DNA of 63,266 bases, counting the filler, from Lenisia limosa (lineage: Eukaryota > Protista > Breviatea), in the NCBI GenBank assembly GCA_001655205.1. It is 13 parts of 13 records of this genome, joined end to end, with 100 filler letters (N's around TTAATTAATTAA, not from the genome) between each part and the next. Parts side by side here need not be neighbours in the genome. Positions count along the whole stretch, not along the records: positions 34,294 to 57,175 come from LPNZ01007831.1; positions 57,276 to 60,208 come from LPNZ01009752.1; positions 60,309 to 62,050 come from LPNZ01008531.1; 10 more parts are not named here. One strand, written 5' to 3'. Position numbers and translations under genes: made by a program. Below, piece by piece: positions 47,811 through 60,329 of the stretch (positions are counted from its first letter, which is position 1; each line of letters opens with the position of its first letter). The notes beneath the pieces are model-generated. The model ran no database searches. It was not told the origin of the DNA and worked only from the letters and a program-made list of their open reading frames with translations.

Positions 47811-50800
47811 ATGAGGAGACAACGACTGGGGGAGAGGAGGAGGCAAATACGCTTCCTCCTTTCACTTGCAGCTGCATTTACAGTTGTGGTTCTTGGGTCA
47901 AGATCTCTGCTAACTGTTCAAGACCAGCATGAATTCGTGTAGGTACTGGAAAATAAAGGATATGTACTTGTATAATATATATATATATATATAGATAGAT
48001 AGATATAGATAGATAGATATAATACAACCTTCATTGCTATATATATAGATAGATAGTATATTTCCCAAGTTGGTTGCATTCCCCTTAAGTTATAGACGAA
48101 CACTTCTTTCCAATATGGAAAACCAGTCTTGTGAAGAGATTCTTGGTTCAAAAGAAGGCACTTCTCAAACATGTCCTTTTATTAAAACAGCCTGTCTGGT
48201 ATGAATGTTATTCTCATCTCTACATATCACAAGCTAGACAACACCTTGAATAATTGTCACTTTTCTCCCATGGGCTAACGTGTAATGATGGATGTTTTAT
48301 TCATATTTAGGAAGATTATGGTTCTGTCTACAACTTCCCTTATATGTACTACTGCTCTCTTGGAGGACATCCTTGGATGAGTCTTTCCCTTATGGTAAGC
48401 CGAATTATTTTTGAACCTACTTGATTTATTTTGTAGGCTGGTATTCTTATGGTATTATTTTATGTTCTTGGCACGGTAGCGGATGAGTTTTTTTGCCCTT
48501 CTCTTCAGGTTTGCCAGGTTATTTACGTGGTTTTTATCCACTTGTGCCCTATCACATTACTTCTTTTTTATATTAATGAACAAAGACAATATGGGGGTTC
48601 ATACCAAATGTATATTTCATGGATACTTTCTGGTCAATTATAACACTTGTGTATCACTGCGTGAAAACCCAATTGATGAATGTAGAATACACTCTTTAGG
48701 TACTACTTCACTATTTTATATACATAGGGCCTCACTTCGGTTCGAATAATATGGGTAAAAATATCGATAATTTTCGAAGATTTATCGAGAAATTTAGTCT
48801 TTTTTTTTTGAACCGGAGTGAAGCCCTAATTATATAGTATATATCTATCATAATATAATATATGTAGTGTATCATATGTCTCTTTTCACTCTCCATTTTT
48901 GTTTAAACTGGTTGGAGTTTGTAGGAGTAATGGATTAGGTTCTTTCTGATGCACTTCACCTTTCTCATAATGTTGCTGGAGTGACCCTTCTCGCCCTTGG
49001 AAACGGGGCACCTGATCTTGGAGCATCATGGATTTCTTTCTCTTCTGGTCAGAATAGGCAAGTAGACTCCTTCTTGCGATCTTTTCCATTGGAAATTGAA
49101 TTATTTTTCAGGTTCGCCTGGAATTGCAATGGGTGCCCTTTTGGGAGCTGGTCTTTTTGTGACTGGAGTTGTTGTTGGAGTAGTGGCATTGGTTGCTCCT
49201 TTCACTTTAACACGACGACCTTTTATTCGAGATGTTTCATTCTACCTTGGTTTGTTGGAAAATTAAACCTATGTACTATGAGTTTTTTATTGTTATACTA
49301 TTTTGACGCTTTAGTTGCTGTTCTTTGGGTTTTTTTAATAGTCATTGATGGTGACGTTCGGCAGTGGGAAAGCTGGGTTGGATGGGGTTGCTGACCAGCT
49401 TGGATCTTTCGAATATGTTTTATCTAACGTCCTCTTTATAGGTTATTTTCTCATGCTATTTCTTCTACGTACTTCTTGTGGTTGGTGCCCGCGTTGTTTA
49501 CCAAAAAAACAAAAAGACAACTCCTGTAAGCTGCTTTTTTAATACTTTTCGGTTGATAAAAACATTGTTCCACACAAACTAACAATGCTATGAAGTGATC
49601 AGTTTACAAGGGGTGAAATATTGTTTGAACATTACTCTAACCTGCTTTTATTCTTACGAAATTGGTTTTATAAATTAGATTCTTCCTAACAATTTAGAGC
49701 ACTTCAGGATATGTTGAGCTTCCAAACTCTCATCAAATTCATCCTAATATGCCAGCTGTCTCAAGAATGGAAAGCAGTCTTGACTATATTGTAACTGAAA
49801 GGTGGGCTTCTACTTCACAGCATTACAGGGTATTTGTAATGTTGTCTTTTGGGCTCCATAATTGAGAAATTAATTTGAAAATATGAAATGAGACATATTA
49901 TCTTTTCATTCATTTTTAAAAAAAATTTAGCTTCCTCAACAATATTAATTGCGCGGAGCCCCACTTTTTATGTGCTATTATTTAAATCACCATTTAGCGA
50001 TATTCGTGACGCAATTGAAGCAATCTCAAAGCATCCACACACCAGTGGGATTGACGAGGGTATTTTCATGATCTCCCCCCCCCCCCCNNNNNNNNNNNNN
50101 NNNNNNNNNNNNNNNNNNNNNNNNNNNNNNNNNNNNNNNNNNNNNNNNNNNNNNNNNNNNNNNNATGATGACGAAATGGTTACGTGCTGTGGAAAATTAG
50201 CCGATAACGTCGGATGGAGTGAAAAATCTGGACTGTCAAAGTTCATAACAGTGATTACGTGGCCGTTGTACTGGAGCCTGTGGATAACCATCCCACAGGT
50301 GAGACCTATTCAGTACACAGAAGTACTAATATAAATATGTTTAGGTTGATGATGACCCCTGGAGCCCGATTCTTTCTGCTTTTCATCCTATCACATCGAG
50401 TGCTTTTATTCTAACAGCTTTAGATTGTAGGTTTTTAGGTGGTGATTTAAGGATACTATTAAGGTATTACCTTCTTACCATTTAGTGTGGTCAACCGTTT
50501 TAATCGAAAGAGTTCTCTTTTGGCACGTGACTATGATGATGTCATCAGGCCTCTCCATTTATATTCTCGTTACTACTGGGTTTGCTACATGGTCATTTTT
50601 CTTGTTAATTATATCCGTAATAAACTCTTATGATTCTCAATCAGGCCTCAACTTGTTACTACGGAGAAGATATTTCGTCCAACGCTGAGAACAATAATGG
50701 CATGTTTTGCTTTTGTTGCATCCGTCATGTGGATTATGAAAGTTGCTGACATCCTTGTTGGGCTTTTGAAAGTATGTATTAAATATTTTCAAGAGAATTT

Positions 50801-51642
50801 CCTTTATTTCTTCCTTTTAAAGCATTTGATTTCACCACATCAGACTGTTGGAATAGTATTTAGCATCTCCGAGGCGCTTTTAGGGATGACTGTTCTGGCT
50901 TGGGGTAACAGTCTTGGAGGTATGGGGGTTATTTTTAATCAATTCTCTTTTGAATAACTATTGTATCGTTGTCTTTTTTGAGCGTTTATGAATATTCTTA
51001 GATATGGTATCAAATCTGTCTGTTGCAAAACAGGGTATGGCTGGAATGGCAGTTTCTGCTTGCTTTGGTGGACCTTTGCTAAGTGAGTGGGTTTTCTTTT
51101 CTGTTGTAGCTCATATCACTTTTTGGATCATTTTCACCCGTGAAGGATCATTTTCCACACAGGGATATTATACCACATATCCACTCATGTGATAATTGAC
51201 CGACAAGTATACATTCATGATGAACTCTTGGAATGGGAGGAGCTTTCTTCGTCATATCTGTGAAAGACGGTCATATGATCATATCACAAGTGGCTATTGT
51301 TCTCTAAATTTTTTTAAGATCTATTACTTGGAATGGGAGGAGCTTTCTTCTTTATGACGTTCAAATCACACACAATTTACCTGGGTGAGAGAAGGGCTGA
51401 TTTTGGAAGGAAAAGCACCCCACCACCTTATCTTCCCAGATGTTGAACATAGTATCTTTTCGGCATTGGCAGGTTTAACCGTCAGTCTCCTGTTCTCAAT
51501 GCTTTACATTCCGTTTTCAGGGTACAGAAGTAACAAGCTGGTAAGTTTTTACAATGACTTATTCACTGAATAGTATGGCGTGATTACAATTGGTTTGTAC
51601 ACCATCTTCCTCAGTCTTGGGGTGATTCTAACGTTTGCCTAA
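47811..51642 (+). CDS. CCX: Cation/Ca2+ exchanger, CCX/NCLX (SLC8B1-like) subfamily
   Basis: ADEFFCPSL, alpha-1 NVAGVTLLALGNGAPD, GALLGAGLFVTGVVVG, RPFIRDVSFY, alpha-2 LLGMTVLAWGNSLGD, MAVSACFGGPLLN; stop at 51642. Confidence 0.93.
48725..48828. mobile_element. MITE family A, best-preserved copy
   Basis: TAGGGCCTCACTTCGGTTCGAA...TTGAACCGGAGTGAAGCCCTA. Confidence 0.85.
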
Positions 51643-52215
51643 TGGTTAATTTATGAAGGTTTTTTTGTCCATAAATTCTCCGATAATTTGTATTTGATTT
51701 TTAATTAGAGTATCAACTAATTTAGAATATAGTATTATAATCTCCAATACACGCTGACTGAAACAGGACCCAAAGTGTCCTTAATATTGCCTCCTATTCT
51801 CGATATCTGTCTTATTATCTGTATATAGTGCGAGGTTACAAAAGATTCGAGAAATATGCTGAAAAAATCTGAAGGAAGAAAATGAACAATGGAACCCAGG
51901 GGGGGGGGGGAACTCCCAGGAAATATTACAACCAGCATGGTGCTATGAAAAAAATTTGGCTGGTGTGACATTTACTGGGAATGACCCCCCTTGATAGAAC
52001 CACAATAGAAAAATAAAAGATAAAAAGATGAAAGACAAGCCAAGAGAAGAATTCCCTTCACCCTACCAATACCTGATCCAGCATCAGATCATTGATCCTC
52101 TAGGTGGACGAAAGACAAAAAGGAAAAAGGGAAAAAGGCGCGTTGAGGAAGAGTGAGGGAAGCGTAGTATTATAGTAGTTAGTGTAGAAGCAGTGTTTAG
52201 GAAATATTTTTCAGA

Positions 52216-53952
52216 ATGTCAAAACTTTCAAGTGAACTGTCTGAACTTCGTGTTGTTGACCTTAAAGAAATGCTTCGTAACCAAGGTCTTCCTGTTTCTG
52301 GAGCCAAGTAAGTTTGGAATTTCTGGACTTCGTTTTTGGCGGGTTTACTATTCAGGGATGAGCTTATTTCCCGTCTTGTGGACTACAAGGAGTCTGCTAC
52401 ACTTGGTTCTGGAAGTATGAACTCCCCTATGGTCCTTGATACGCCCACACCTTCAACTCCTTCTCGTCGTGGACGTACTCCTCGCGCTACGGCAAAGGCT
52501 CCCACTCCTCGTCGTGTGAGAACTCCACGCAAGACCACTAAGGCCGTGAAAGAGGTCGAAACTCCTAAGAAGGGCTCACCTAGAAAGATTTCTTCTCCTC
52601 AGAAATTTGACCTTGCTACACCTCCCAAGGCTAAAACTCCAGTTAAAACTCCACTTGTTGAAGAGAAAGAGGAGCTCACTGAGGCTGAAAAAGCTGTTGA
52701 AGAGGTTTCTAAGCAACTTTTCTTCTCTGAGGAGCAAAAGACCACTAATGATGATGAAGGTGATGATGTACTCTCTGTTGCCGAGGCTGCTCTCGAGGAG
52801 GAGCTTGTCATTGCGAAGGAAGAAGAAAAGGAGGAATTGAAGCCTGTTTGCACTAAACGCCCCCGCGGAGTCTGGTTTGTCTACTTTTACTCTTAAAATG
52901 TAAAAGTTAACCTTTTAGCTGCGTCTACCTCTCTTCTGTCCTCATGCTCATCATGTGTATGTTTGGTTTTGATCACTCTTGCCTGACTGCCGATCTCGAA
53001 ATTAACTGAAAAAACAGGTGCTGCAGTTTACATTGCTGGAGCTGATGAACTTTCTTTCCAACGAATCTTCAAAAACCTTGTAAGGTGTTTTTTTTTTTGT
53101 TGTTAGGTTTGATTGTTTCACTTAATCTTATGATGTTTTTTTTTTTTTTTTTTTTCTGACTGAAGATTAGGTTGTTNNNNNNNNNNNNNNNNNNNNNNNN
53201 NNNNNNNNNNNNNNNNNNNNNNNNNNNNNNNNNNNNNNNNTTGTTTGCAGGGATATGTTAGTCTTTTGGCTCAGAATACAAGCTTACGGTTTTTGACATT
53301 TTAGGGTCTTGTTTCACCTCCCTTTTCTTCTGCTGCCATTCTCAGCTTCTTCCTCCTTCCTTTCCTTTGCATTCTCCCTTTTGGTAAGCAAAATGATGAT
53401 TTGCTTATTGCCAGCATGCTGTATATGAGGTTCCTCTTATTTATTTAGTTATGCGTCGAGTTTCAGAGAAATGCTGCCCTTGTGCCCCTGTTGCGACAGC
53501 TGAGGACCCCAAGAAGAGCAGTGCCATTTGCTGCCTTGGAATGAAGTGCTGCCCAATGAAAGCCATTGTAAGCATCCGCACTTTCTCAACAATCGCATAT
53601 CAGTCAGTTTTTTTTATATTCTTAGCTTGGTCCTTGTCCCTGGGGTGCCACCGTTCGCGTTATGGCTTTCCTCTTTGTCTTCGTCCCCACCATATTGGTA
53701 GGCCACTCTTTTAACAAAAGTAATGCTTTTTTTTGCGTATCTTATTACTCACTACTCAAAGGTTGCCCTTCGTCTGTGCCCCTGTTCCGCTGAAACTCTC
53801 TTCCCTGAAAACTCCATTGCTCTTATTAATAAGTAAGAGTGTTTTATTTCAGACCAATATTTTTCAAGAGGCTGTTGAAGAGGTATATCTGGGGAGACCA
53901 ACCTGTTATAAGGCCTTTCCCTCTAACCAAAGCTTTTAGGTTTAATAATTAA
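52216..53952 (+). CDS. SAP-domain protein with S/T-P-rich linker, acidic region and C-terminal hydrophobic/Cys-rich segments
   Basis: MSKLSSELSELRVVDLKEMLRNQGLPVSGAK|DELISRL (SAP); TPRR, TPRK, TPKK, SPRK, SPQK; then CVYLSSVLMLIMCAAVYIAG and further TM-like exons; 3' end approximate. Confidence 0.75.
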
Positions 53953-54378
53953 CATAGTTATACAGTTGATAGAACACAACCTGTGAATTAAACCTTCAAC
54001 GAAGAGCTCAGGGCGAAATTTTTTTCGAATGAGGTGCTTTTTATTTTGAGGATACTCTGAGAAGGCTATCACCTTTAGAGTAGATATAAAACAAAACAAA
54101 ATACAGCTTTCAATGCGGTAAGATCAGGGAAATAAGTGGCTCTAAAAATAATATTTGAGTGCTTCCGATGAACAGCGGTTATTCGATGCATAAGTTTAAA
54201 AGTATGTTAATTAGATTTTTAAAAACTTTCGAAGCTTTAAGAGGCTGTCAGGGGGTTTCTCCGGATATACCTCTTCAGCAGCCCCCTGTATTTTGCCTTT
54301 CTAATATCTTTAGTTCTCTTTTCTGGAGCTTCATCATCTATATGTACATTATGGTAGGTATTCCGAAAAATATTTGTT

Positions 54379-56800
54379 TTATTGTGTTGCTTCTCCTAAC
54401 TGATGCAGTCGCTGATTGCCTTCTTCGTGAATAAGATTTCTGCCATCCTCTTCCTTTCTGCTGCTCTCCTCCACACACCCTGGTTCGTTGACATTGCTCT
54501 CAAGGAGGTTCTTCCCTGTAAGCTTGAGAAGGGTTTCCGTTGGATTGGTACTGAATTCTTCTCTCACTGAGTTCAGATATTGTTGAATACGTTCAACCTC
54601 ATCCTGTACTTTGGGGACGAGTATGCTTCCTTGTTGCTGTTGCCTACCACGCCGTTTCTCGTGTCGTAGCCATGTGCTACAGCAATTGCAATTGTTAGTG
54701 TTGAAAATGGTTTCTTTGTTTTATGTACAATAGCATCTTTCTTGGTTTTTAGATTCTTTTTTTTTACACCAAGAGATAATCAAGAATGATACATCGATAC
54801 CTTACAATTAATTAAGAAATACTGGCGCATCTTCATCCGAATCCTCATCCGAAAGATCAATGACGTTCCCCTATAAAATGGTTATTATTATCCAAAAAAA
54901 ATCAGGTGTGAAGTAATCGCCCATCGAAAAAGTGATTTCTGATTTAAGGCCAAAAAACGTAATATCATAAATGGAAACATTGAATTACCCCGTTTACCGG
55001 ATACATTTCATTCAATGAAGAGAATGCATACCCACATACAGAAACAGGAGCAATTGGTCTCTGAGGAACCCTGAACTCTTGCACGCTTCGGTTTGACTCG
55101 GGAATAGTTGTCCATTGTGATGGTCTGGATGATAAGATACCTTCTAAGCAAATAAAAACAAGAAAATTGAAACCTACTGAATTCAGAAATAATTTACACC
55201 TTACTTGGGAACTTGTGTGGGTGTCGATAACTGTACTGATGATTGGAGGGGTGGGATAAACAGAATCTCTTCTTGAGGAGGGTTTGGAGAAAAGTGCTGA
55301 TCGGGGATTGTGAGGTCTAGATAAGTGAAACCCAATTATGACAGTACCAAATAACTAGTACACGAGATAGTATACAGATATAGTCCATAGTATCGAGCTT
55401 AAAAAAAAAAAAAATCTCTTATAGTATTACATATCTATGATGTGATAAGATTGAATCTCACAGGCGTTTCGATATTCAGCAATTTGTGTTTGTGATAAAA
55501 TCTCTCATTATAACATTGAAGTCCTGTACCTTGATTGTTGTTTGACGCTGACATACTATTTGCTGTTTTTCGCCTGAAGAAAATGAACAAACATATCAAC
55601 TTTTGAAGTGTCAAAAAAAGGAAAAAAATCCTCTGGTACCTTGGTGGTACAATAATTGGGAAATTGCTTGCGGGGAGCGATGAAAGCGGATATCCGGATC
55701 GAGTTGGAAGAAGATTAGTCATATCAGCGAGAGAATCATTATCATACATTATTTCCCTAAGCAGTCATGAGCATGAAAGAATGATTGTATGTACTTTGGT
55801 TGCCTTCAACGTTATACAATAAAAGCCAACCGTCGCCTTGGTAGCAAGTCGTCCAGCTCTGCTCCTACTTTGGTAAAATACAAGACTAATTCAAAACTGT
55901 TTTTATTTCTTTTTCCTTACCTGTCGTCAACCGTCCCGAATTAGGATGCCATTTTTTTTGAGGGAAAGGAGGTTCCTAAACAGTTAAATAGGAACCCCAC
56001 CCCCCACCAATTAAAAACAAACTATTCCTATCATTACAGTACATGGGATTACGATATGTAGGCATGCTATAATTTGAGTATTACCTCTAACCATAAAGCC
56101 TCAAAAACTAAGGAGGTACCTCTAATCATAACCTCAAAAACTCAGGAGGTACCTCTTCCATAAAGCCTCAAACTAAGACCAATTAAAAGAAGAATAAGCA
56201 AGAAAAAAAAGAATAAGAATACTACTTCAATCATTTCCAATTATGAAAAGCTGTATAATTTGAGGTGATGCTGTAGCAACTACCCAAGACAAGCCTCCAA
56301 AAATAAGAAAAAGTAAAAGAAGACTAGAAAAAAAACAATCTTTTCCAAAAAAAAAATCTGCAAAGAAACACATACTTGACTCTTTTTGAGTGGGATTGAG
56401 TATTGTTAGAATGGTTAAAATAAGCGCAATACCATCGTAAATAGCAATGAGAAATAAAATAAGGTTGCAATCTAGTTGCAATACCATCATGTACCATGTG
56501 AATACAATCTGAACAACAAAGAGACTTTCCTGTTAAGAGAATACAGCAATGAAGTACTTTTAAACAATATTATCACATTTTATAATTAGCCTTCTGCACC
56601 TGAGTAGGACGGCAAGCAGGACAGCGGCTTTGGATATTGAGTCCAAATTTGGTTTCCATCAGGGCTGCCTCACACCATTGCTGAATAATAAAAAAGAATG
56701 GGGAACGAAAAAAAAAAAATACCTGTTTGCAGCGGTCGCACGTTAACCCATTAGAGTGAGTTTTATTACACATGTGGCATATGTGACTTGACTAGGATGT
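54379..56800 (-). CDS. Protein with Cys-rich zinc-finger-like N-terminal exons and low-complexity C-terminus
   Basis: ICHMCNKTHSNGLTCDRCKQQWCEAALMETKFGLNIQSRCPACR; terminal exon ...QDEVERIQQYLNSVREEF...LGEATQ* (stop 54379); start not located. Confidence 0.55.
56082..56179. repeat. ~35-bp tandem repeat, about 2.7 units
   Basis: TACCTCTAACCATAAAGCCTCAAAAACTAAGGAGG-like unit. Confidence 0.75.
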
Positions 56801-57175
56801 TAGACAATCTATTACTAGATGTGTAAAAATACTTCTCAGTTCAAATTCAAAAAGGTACACTACTCAAAAGAACATCGTATTGTTTCTATGGAAAACTCAT
56901 CATTTTTTAAATCATTGACTCAAAATCTGCGGTTCACAATTTTCACAGATAATTGATAACCAAGACCCAACAAGAAACCTAACCGAAAAGTGACCTGTCT
57001 TTGGTTAAAAAGGTAAATGCTGTTTTTTTCTTTTATTCTAGTATACATTGAATTGCTATAGTGTCAAAGTAGTGAATGTGTTTTAACAGAGTAACTCAAA
57101 TATACCTCTCTCATTGGATCAATGTACTGATATCTCTGCTCTAGAGCCTCAAATAAATAACAGAAAGTCTATGAG

Positions 57176-57275
57176 NNNNNNNNNNNNNNNNNNNNNNNNN
57201 NNNNNNNNNNNNNNNNNNNTTAATTAATTAANNNNNNNNNNNNNNNNNNNNNNNNNNNNNNNNNNNNNNNNNNNN
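57176..57275. other. Artificial contig linker
   Basis: 44N+TTAATTAATTAA+44N. Confidence 0.97.
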
Positions 57276-57379
57276 GGGGCTGAATTAATTCCAAAAACCT
57301 TCTTTAAAAATGTATTATTTGCATGCCTAGAATGTATTCGTTTCCTTTCTCCCAAATAACGCTGATTCATCTTTGCAGT

Positions 57380-59640
57380 TCCGAAACAGCCGGTACTGAC
57401 CTCTCTTGTCATCGTATCAACACCTAAAGTTCCCTCCGCTCCCCTCTGCCCTTCAGTCCACCTCGAGTTCCCCCTGAGAGGTGCGAGGCTCAATTACTGT
57501 TTGTATAAAAGTTCGGAATGAATGAGAAGTGTCCCAATTGGATCGTTTGCAGCACTATTAAGTGACGATGATAATTCTTGCTCGTTGATTGTTTTTGTTG
57601 CAAAAATTCCTTCTATAGGTTTATTATCGCCAATATCCCGAAATTTCCCTCGGTTGACAAAATTGATTTTGAATTTTCTGTTCCACAACTTTCTTCACAC
57701 CCCCCCAGGCTACCCTGCCCAAGATTCGGAATCGATGCCTTCGGACCAGTCGGACCAGCCCGGGCTTCTGGCGGCCACGCACAACCTTGTTACCGACCTG
57801 ATGCCGGCGGACCTCACGCACAACTCCAGACTCCAGCAGTTTTCTCTGGTGAGATGAGGGTATTATTTTCACTCTTTTTGTTGTTATTGTATTGTTATTC
57901 TGCATTGGGGTGGAGGGGTGGTGTGGGATGGATTTATGGATCCTCCTGCCCTCCCAAGGCATGCCTTTTTGCCCATCTTACAATACAAAAGATCAACCCT
58001 TTATTGAGTATATCATTTCTTTTGTACTACATATAATATATTATATCATATATCCTAATATAGCTATATCATATTAGACATGTAATATACTCTATATTAT
58101 AATATGCATATAGTATATAACATATCATAATTGTTGTGTATTTTTTGAAAGAATTTCCAGCATTTTGGCCATAGGGATACAATATTGCACTTTTTTGAAG
58201 GGAAGTAGAAAGAAGCGTTGAGTTGGACAATTATGAATTAGTACATGTAATATACAATGAAATAACAATTATAACAACATGGGGTACTGATATCTCATTA
58301 TTACATTAACAAACCTAGGCCCCCACTCGTGAACTTCAAAGTGCTCCTGAACCCAATATGGCCACCCCTGTTACTCCTGCCACCGCCATTTCATCTCCAA
58401 TGGTAAGGAGGGCGATGGCTGGCAATTGTTGAAGCGGATTTCGTCGATATATTGGAATCTTTTCTCGACAAATGTGATTTTTTTTGGCAGATTCGTGACA
58501 TTGAGCCTTGCTCCCCTTCTCATTTCTGCCACAGGTCTCAACTCCTAACACTATTCCTGACCCCTCAAATGAATTTGCAGTTTCCCCTGTTACGCCGCTC
58601 GAGCCTTCGCAAAGGTTTGCTCCCTGTGCTACACGTCATCGAAATTCCACTCTCTCCTCTGCCACCCCCGATAATGATTTAGATTCAGCCACATTGTACC
58701 CGGGCAAAAAACGAAGCCTCCAGCAGCACCCCGAAACGGACCATCTTCCCCTCCCCAAAACTCATTCCCCGCACCGGTCACTCCAAAACTCCCCGAAAAC
58801 GCCTCAGTATCCGAAGCTCCGTTCATGCCGACCCGTGCTCAGCAAGACGCCACTTTTGTACCATCTTCTCAATTGGTGCGTACGCCTCCGCAGCCCCTTC
58901 GCAACCAGGCACTTCTAAACGGCACCCCGGAACCCCATGTTGTCCCGAAGCCCAAGATTGAAGGACCAAGTGGTGGTGGTGGGGGGGGGTACTCTGAAGT
59001 TATGTACCACAGAATATCATATTGAATTTGGAGCGACAGATTAACAATAAAAAATTATGCTCTTAACACATATTCACAATTTTGGTGATACCTTAGTGAA
59101 AGAAGAGGTCGTAGCCTACAACTCACTGGACCCAACCCAGGTATGACTTCTTTCCAGCTTTTTTGCAGCGTGATTATCTGAAACTCTCATAACTCCGTGC
59201 CTACAGATTTCGCAAACACAAAAATCCTACTCTATTTCCTACATTAGCTTCTCTTTTATCTTGAGCCTCAGATATTAATATGCGGAAAACAAATATCCCT
59301 ATCAAAGCTCAAAAGCAGCAATAACCGCCCCAGCCCACCCCAATGAAGCAAAAGATTGAATGTGAACTGGACCTTTCCGATGCTTCCGTCGGAAGAGTCG
59401 TTGCCGGTTCCGACACGGCCTTCAACGTCGACTATCAACTCAAAAGCCTCAAGCCGCTGGTCTTCAGAATCGAAGTCGCACCGGGTGGGGGGAGGGTGAT
59501 GATGACAAAGGATGATGGGTATTAATGATGATATACTCACCCCTTACCCCCGTAGTACATAGAGCAGTCTTCCCAGAAACTGAAATTCTCCTTGAACCCG
59601 GGTCCGGCACTTTCACCCTTCAACTCAAGCCGCAAAAAGT
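57380..59640 (+). CDS. Pro/Ser/Thr-rich, probably disordered protein (fragment)
   Basis: GT-AG exons e.g. GYPAQDSESMPSDQSDQPGLLAATHNL, VSTPNTIPDPSNEFAVSPVTPLEP, MKQKIECELDLSDASVGRVVAGSDTAFNVDYQLKSLKPLVFRIEVAP. Confidence 0.55.
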
Positions 59641-59910
59641 GGGAGGGGGGGCCTGATATGGGATGGCGAGGGATATGGTAATGTCGGCTTTTTGATGATG
59701 GTATTTTCTCATAGTATACAGTATATATATGTTCNNNNNNNNNNNNNNNNNNNNNNNNNNNNNNNNNNNNNNNNNNNNNNNNNNNNNNNTTTGTTTTTTT
59801 CTGTTGTTTTTTTTTGTGAGTTTTTCTCTGTTTTCAACCCTGTATGTTACTTTTAGTAGTGTATTACCAGCGCAGATTATAATTTAATATGACGATATTG
59901 TTTAGTACTT

Positions 59911-59968
59911 TGGGGTTAAAGAATGCGTGAGACGTGGAATGGGGTTAAAGAATGCATGAGACGTGGAG
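59911..59968. repeat. ~29-bp tandem duplication
   Basis: TGGGGTTAAAGAATGC(G/A)TGAGACGTGGA twice. Confidence 0.8.
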
Positions 59969-60208
59969 TGAGAAAAGGGAAGGGTAACCTACAATACTTA
60001 ATCCCAGAATAGCATAACTTACCCTAAAGGCTCAATCAGTATCCACAATGCTGCAGTTGTCCAATTCCTTCAGCTGCGCTACCATGACCGTCTCATATGA
60101 GGTATGTGGGGGCTGTAGTTCCATCAATGTTGTTATGTTTTCACAAATTCACACCCCGCCCCCAGACAGTCTATTTACTCATTTACCCCCCTTCCATTTT
60201 CCAATTTT

Positions 60209-60308
60209 NNNNNNNNNNNNNNNNNNNNNNNNNNNNNNNNNNNNNNNNNNNNTTAATTAATTAANNNNNNNNNNNNNNNNNNNNNNNNNNNNNNNNNNNN
60301 NNNNNNNN
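60209..60308. other. Artificial contig linker
   Basis: 44N+TTAATTAATTAA+44N. Confidence 0.97.
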
Positions 60309-60329
60309 AACTAAATTGCCCCCACCCAC

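Noticed and set aside
48717-48836. 8-bp hAT target-site duplication around TAGGGC MITEs
   Set aside because: Flanks at 14319, 16790, 19531 and 48725 do not match over 8 bp, so the superfamily was left unassigned.
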